64,000 bases of DNA from Lama guanicoe. Taxonomy: Eukaryota. A model generated the notes under the pieces. The model saw only the letters and a list, made by a program, of their open reading frames with translations, had not been told where the DNA came from and made no database searches. Shown here piece by piece: positions 58,901-64,000 of this stretch. How positions within the stretch are numbered: the first letter of the stretch is position 1; every line of letters begins with the position of its first letter. The stretch is from the NCBI GenBank assembly GCA_013239625.1, contig MU054323.1, positions 20,481,082 through 20,545,081 of the forward strand, read 5' to 3'. The translations under genes and the position numbers were made by a program.

Positions 58901-60439
58901 AATCCAAGAATTCTAGCCTATTCTCTGAGCCACTGCTGGAGTGGGCGAGGTCAGGCTTCCCACCTAGCATCCTGGGTCTGCCGCGTCCAGCCCCCAGCGG
59001 CCTCCTGAGGTCACCTTCACTAGTCCGCGGGCCATGGAACACTCACATCCTCTTTATGTGCCTCAGAGCCAGTTAGCTCCAGGAAGTGGGTGGAGCTAAG
59101 GAGTACAAGAAAATATTGGGGGGAAAGACTAGTTAATATATAAAAAAATATTATCCCACCATATATCCCACTTACAAGGTAGATAGTACTGTTACCATAA
59201 TCACGATGGTCATTGTTGTTCTTCTCCCTTTCCACCTAAGGTAGAATGTCCCCGTCCCTCTCCAAACCCTTGGTTTCCTCACCTGAGGCTGTACAAAGCA
59301 GCTGCATTTGAAATTTGACTCTTTTTTTCATCAGTCTTTGAAGCTCCTCCTCTCCTTTCTCTGTTTCCTTTTCCTGGTCCAATTGAAGGATCTAGGCTGG
59401 CAGAGGCCTGGGTCCTGATAACAGCGGAACAATGACAACAGAAGTCCCTGAGCGAGGGCGTGGGAACCAGCCGAGCTTATGGAGAGAAGGACCGGAAAAG
59501 GGGAGGGGGAGACCCGACAGCTGGACAGGCAGACACGTCCGCCCCAGCCTTGCCCTGGAAGCTCTGCTTGGTGGTGGGTGGAAACCAGGCTGTTGCTCTT
59601 GGATGGTCCCTCCTGGGCCATTCATTCATTCAGCGGCTATTTACTGGACACCTACTAGGTAGCAGGCCCTGTGCCAGGAACAACCCTGCCCCTCGGGACT
59701 GTCCCTTCAACACGGCAAAAAATATTCAGGACCGTGGCTTCTGGGCTCACACCACAGTCCTGCGCAGCAGGAAGGGTTCTGACTGACAACCCTCTTGACT
59801 AATCAGAAGCTCAAAAAGGTGCCCTGCATTCTGCAAGGGCACACAGCAGGATGGCCTTCACGCCCCCTTCCGCCCCCTGTCCTAGGAGACTGAAATCGTC
59901 TGGACATCTTGCCTGAAGGCAGCTAAGAGAGATTGATTTGCCACATTTTGTGGCCTCCCATGTGCTGAGGGAACAGCTCTTACTGTGAACCTTTGTGCTG
60001 GAAGCTCTGTCTGGCAATCTTCCTCCCTACCACGGAGTTACTTTTTTTTTTTAAGGTATGCCCCAAATTCACCATGGAAATTGCCCAACTTCCAAGTAAA
60101 AGGCCCATTGGGAACCTTTTCCACTTTGCCAAAGTGGAGAAAAGGTCTGAAAAGTTTGGTGAGCAATTTTTCTTGGAAACGGCCAGCTGCAAGCTTCTTA
60201 ATCCGCCTACACAAGCTGGCAGCTGGGTTTCCACTGGACCCAGTCTTTTTCTGCTTGTCTGGACTTAACAGGGTGTGGAAAGCAGACCCCAGAAATTCCT
60301 GATTGCTTCTTGGAAGAGCAAGCCCTTAAAAAGACTCGGGGCTTTTCCTTCTCAAGCTCTGATGACACTTGACATCATCACCAGGGCCTGCTCAAGGCCA
60401 GTGCATCCCAGAGCAAGGACATCACGTGCCTACCCAGAA

Positions 60440-60750
60440 TGCACATGTCAAGGATCCTGCACCCGTACGTGATGCACACACATCCTGCACACGTACGCAC
60501 CACACCTGGCTATTGTGATGTCCACTATATACAACAGGCATGCTGCACATACTCCACACACCACTGACCTAGAACACAAACTACTTCTGTGCCCTCGAGA
60601 CACGATTACCGCATTTCACACACGTTCATGCCACACTTACACTACACAAACCCGCCTTGTGCACCAACATGTGTTATACACGTACACCACATTCACAAAC
60701 ACACACATCGACGTACATTCACACAAATACACACACATATCACAGACATA
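60440..60750. repeat. Degenerate CA-rich low-complexity tract
   Basis: Repeated cacac/catac/cacat units; explains the His/Thr-rich spurious ORFs. Confidence 0.7.
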
Positions 60751-61384
60751 CTCTATTTTCCGATTAAAGTTCTCAAGATTTTCGTTTCCATTTAAACCCA
60801 GTCATGTAACTCATCAACTCCCTTTGGCCTGTCTTTTTCTTTTCTTGACAATTTTTATGGATTTTTTTGTTTCAGGAAAAAAAACCAAAAACGAACAAAG
60901 CAATAACAACAAAACTTTCCTTCTTATTAGCTATAAATAAATGCAGCTGGGCATACATTTTTCAAAATGCCAGAAAGACAAATGGACCAAGAACTCAGAT
61001 GTGCGAGTGTTTACCCTCCCTCTTCTTCCTCATGAACCTGTGGCTGTGCCTTTGTGTATACAAGGCCAAGTGGTGGATGCTTGAAGATACCTGCCTTCCT
61101 TCTAGACATTTGGCCCTGGAGGAACACACAGAAGACTCGTCACAAGGACTGGGAGAACCTCTCTTCATGGAAGGTTGGTCCTTGCCCTCACCCTTCTGCC
61201 CATTGTTAAAAGTAGAGTGTTAGGAAAACTGAAGGTAGAAGGTGTGTGTGCCACACCCACCTCAGGAGGCAGATATCACTACTGGATCACAGCATCTGCC
61301 CCTCCCAGGCTGGACTTGGTGTCACAATCCTCTACCTAACCTTACCAGCTAGTCAGGGCTGACAGGTGAACTGGGAACTGTTTG

Positions 61385-61470
61385 AGATCCCACAGAGCCC
61401 AACCCCCTCAGTTTATGGGTGAGGAAACAGGCTCAAAGACAGGGAGTGACCTGTGTGAGGTCACACAGCA
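61385..61470 (-). mobile_element. MIR fragment
   Basis: 'cccctcagtttatgggtgaggaaacaggctcaaagacagggagtgacctgtgtgaggtcacacagc'. Confidence 0.7.
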
Positions 61471-64000
61471 CCATTCAAGGTGCTCAGCTCGGGGCTCCAC
61501 AGGTGTGGCCGGTGCAGGCGCTGAGGGAGGAGGGGCCAGGCTAGGCCTCCAGAGACACACTGAGCCCTGTTTCCTTGCTGTCTTGGATGCAGCATCCCTG
61601 GCCCTCCACCTCCGGGCCTCTGGCCTTCAGGATCAAGGCAGGGGAATGGAAGGCCTTCTGGGGTTCATGGATGTCAACCCTCTACAGTGCTCTTCCCTCC
61701 TCCCGAAGCCTTCCCTGCCCCACCATGTTTGATACCCACCCCACTGCAGCTAAGCTGGAAATGCCCCTTCTGACGGCCACGCCTTGGCCACTGCTGTGCC
61801 TCTGCCCTTCCACCTCCCCCTGCTTCCCGCCCATCCTTTTACATCCATCACAGATGTCACCCTGCCTTCCCCAAAGCACACATGTGCCTCACTCAAAATC
61901 ACCAAAACTGTGTTTCTAGGCTTTTCCCACAACCCTGATCAGGTCACTTGCTGTTGTCATGAGGGTGAATGAACGGTGTCTGGGTTCTACCTCCTCAGTG
62001 CAGTGGGCTTTGGGCTTCTAATAACAAGAGTTCTCCTCTCCAAGAAGCAAACTCCTCCCTCCCACAGCGGCTCCCAGACAGCTCAGACCTGCTGTGGGAA
62101 CTTCTGCTCGCCCGCCCTGAAAGCCCCCTGGCCTGGCCCCGGCTCCTGGCATGTTGTAAGTGCTGAGGACATATCGACTGATGGGCCACCCTGGGATGCG
62201 TAGGTGACAGGGTCCTGCCCTCCAAGGGTTCCTAGTCAGTCCTACTCCCCTGGACTGCGCCCTAGGCTGGACACAGGAGGGCTCCCGTGGACCGGTTGCC
62301 TGGCCTCCAGACACTTCCTCTTTGAGCAGTCCCGTCCCTGAGGGCAACAGCTGCAGCAGGCGGCACTAATGGGGGACATTGAAGAGGCAGCTCCTCCCGG
62401 GAGGGCCTGTCACAGAGCCAGCTGGACACAGTGCCCCCACCTGTGCTGCCGGTCCAGCCTGGGGCGGGCATTGCGGCTGCCAGGGACATTTTTTCCCTGG
62501 TGGCGGGATACAGCTGCTTGGAGAGCGATGGGGGAGAGCGGGAGAGGCGGAGGGAGTGTGGGCCCCAGCATTTGAGTCCCATCACACTCAGACAGACAGA
62601 TGCTGACACAGACAGATGTGCTATCACACTGGATCATCACACACCCACACAGATGCCCCCACCCAATTACAAACCACACAATGACATGGCCACTTCCACC
62701 GGGAGCTTGGGCAAAGCCAACACTGGGAGAGGCTGGGATGGTTTCGGACAATGAAGGAAGAAAATACAGCCGCCAAAGGCAGAACAGGAAAAACTCTGCC
62801 TTTACCAGTGGGAAAAGCCTAGGTTTCTATTGCTTCCAGCCTAGCTCAAACCCGAGACTTTAAGAACTGTCTTTAGTTTCTCTGGACCACAGAGCCCAAA
62901 GCCCAGAGCTCAGCCTAGTTAGCTTCACAAGCAGCCCCATGAAGCACATGGTGGGGAAACATTGCATTGGGACCCAGGAGGTCTGGGTCTCCAGGTTCAG
63001 CCAGGACCAGCCAGGCGACTGTGGAGCAGTCCTTTGATTTTTCCACTTCCTTGTCTCTGTACAAAGGGCCATTCCAATGTGTTTTCAGCCTGGAAATTTT
63101 GTAAAAGGGGATTGGGGCAAGGTGAGATAAGGGGACAGTGAGGAATGGAAGCTTAGAAAGCGGGACCCTCTGTCTAGTCTGGGAATCGTGGCGCACGCCA
63201 TAGGTGACCCCTTGAAGTCTTCCTAGAGAAAGGAAAAGACAGGTGGGGATGGAAGGGAGGCCAGGCCCTCCCTCCACTGGGCTAAGAAGCCACTTCCTAG
63301 GACAGCGTTCCCTTCCCCCACCCTCACAAGCCTGGCCTGGGTGAGCAGTCCCATCGGTGCCTCCAGCAGGCATGCCCCTGTCTGAGAACCAGACTCTGAG
63401 GCCCATGACGATGATTCAGTGAGATAACATGTGGAAGGGGCTTAGGTGGTGTGCACCTGGCATAGTAAGGCTGGCCATCCTCATCGGTGGTTCCTTACAC
63501 CTACTAGTGTACTGCTCTCTTGGACTTCCAGGGACTTGTCTGTCCCATCCAAAGCTGAGATTTCCTCTGGGCTCCCTCTCCTGGACCAGTCCCCCTGTGG
63601 ACAAGTCAGAGATGGTAGGACCACTCTAGACCCCCGTCCTGGACCAGTCTCCCTGGGGTCCTGAACTGTGGTTCAAGCTCTGGGCTGGGTTCCAGAGGCC
63701 CTCCTGGCATCATCCTTGGCCCTACAAGCGTCTCAGCCTCATTGAAGTACTTGATGGGCCGTGTCTTCTCTCTCAGGACCCAACCACATTTACAGATATT
63801 CCTGCTTTTTCATGGTCTGCTGGACACGGGATATGTTTTCAGCCCTTCAAAATGTGGTGCTGAGATCTATAACATTTGGTTTCTTCATCAATGTACAACT
63901 GAGTTATTTTTTACATCTATACAATGCTTCCTATGCACTTTGAATCCTTTTCAAAAACTATTATTCAGTATAACCCCCACATTTTATGTTAGCTTAAAAT

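Noticed and set aside
60760..60945. Possible 3' UTR or processed-pseudogene tail (A-rich tract, AATAAA near 60935)
   Set aside because: No upstream coding remnant or TSD found; isolated poly(A) signals are common.
63780..64000. AT-rich tail of the window, possibly antisense L1/HAL1 ORF1 remnant
   Set aside because: Similarity is too weak and the region is truncated by the window edge.

Overview
Mammalian, GC-rich, repeat-dense non-coding DNA with no protein-coding exon, RNA gene or CpG-island promoter that I can support; the window is probably intergenic or lies inside a large intron. Four tRNA-Ala-derived SINEs of the camelid vic-1 type, with no obvious Bov-tA/BovB/PRE1/Alu, point to a camelid genome (inference). 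Much of the window is recognisable transposon debris: MIR, L2, old L1M fragments, younger L1 3' ends, MaLR LTRs, two MaLR elements with internal sequence, an LTR16-like ERVL LTR, an intact ERV1-type solo LTR with TSD, MER3/MER45/MER53/MER5 hAT MITEs, and a fossil hAT-Charlie transposase. Repeat family names come from recalled consensus sequences, not a database search, and boundaries without a TSD are approximate. I did not find a new biological system. The most notable items are a template-switch-like micro-rearrangement inside an old L1 (~19.8-20.05 kb), a Charlie transposase fossil that can be partly re-read once two TSD-flanked L1 insertions are removed, a solo LTR with duplicated YY1-like motifs and a STAT-like site, nested insertions, and several repeat-free motif clusters that may be enhancers (notably HNF1/CDX/GATA/FOX at 12.4-13.7 kb).
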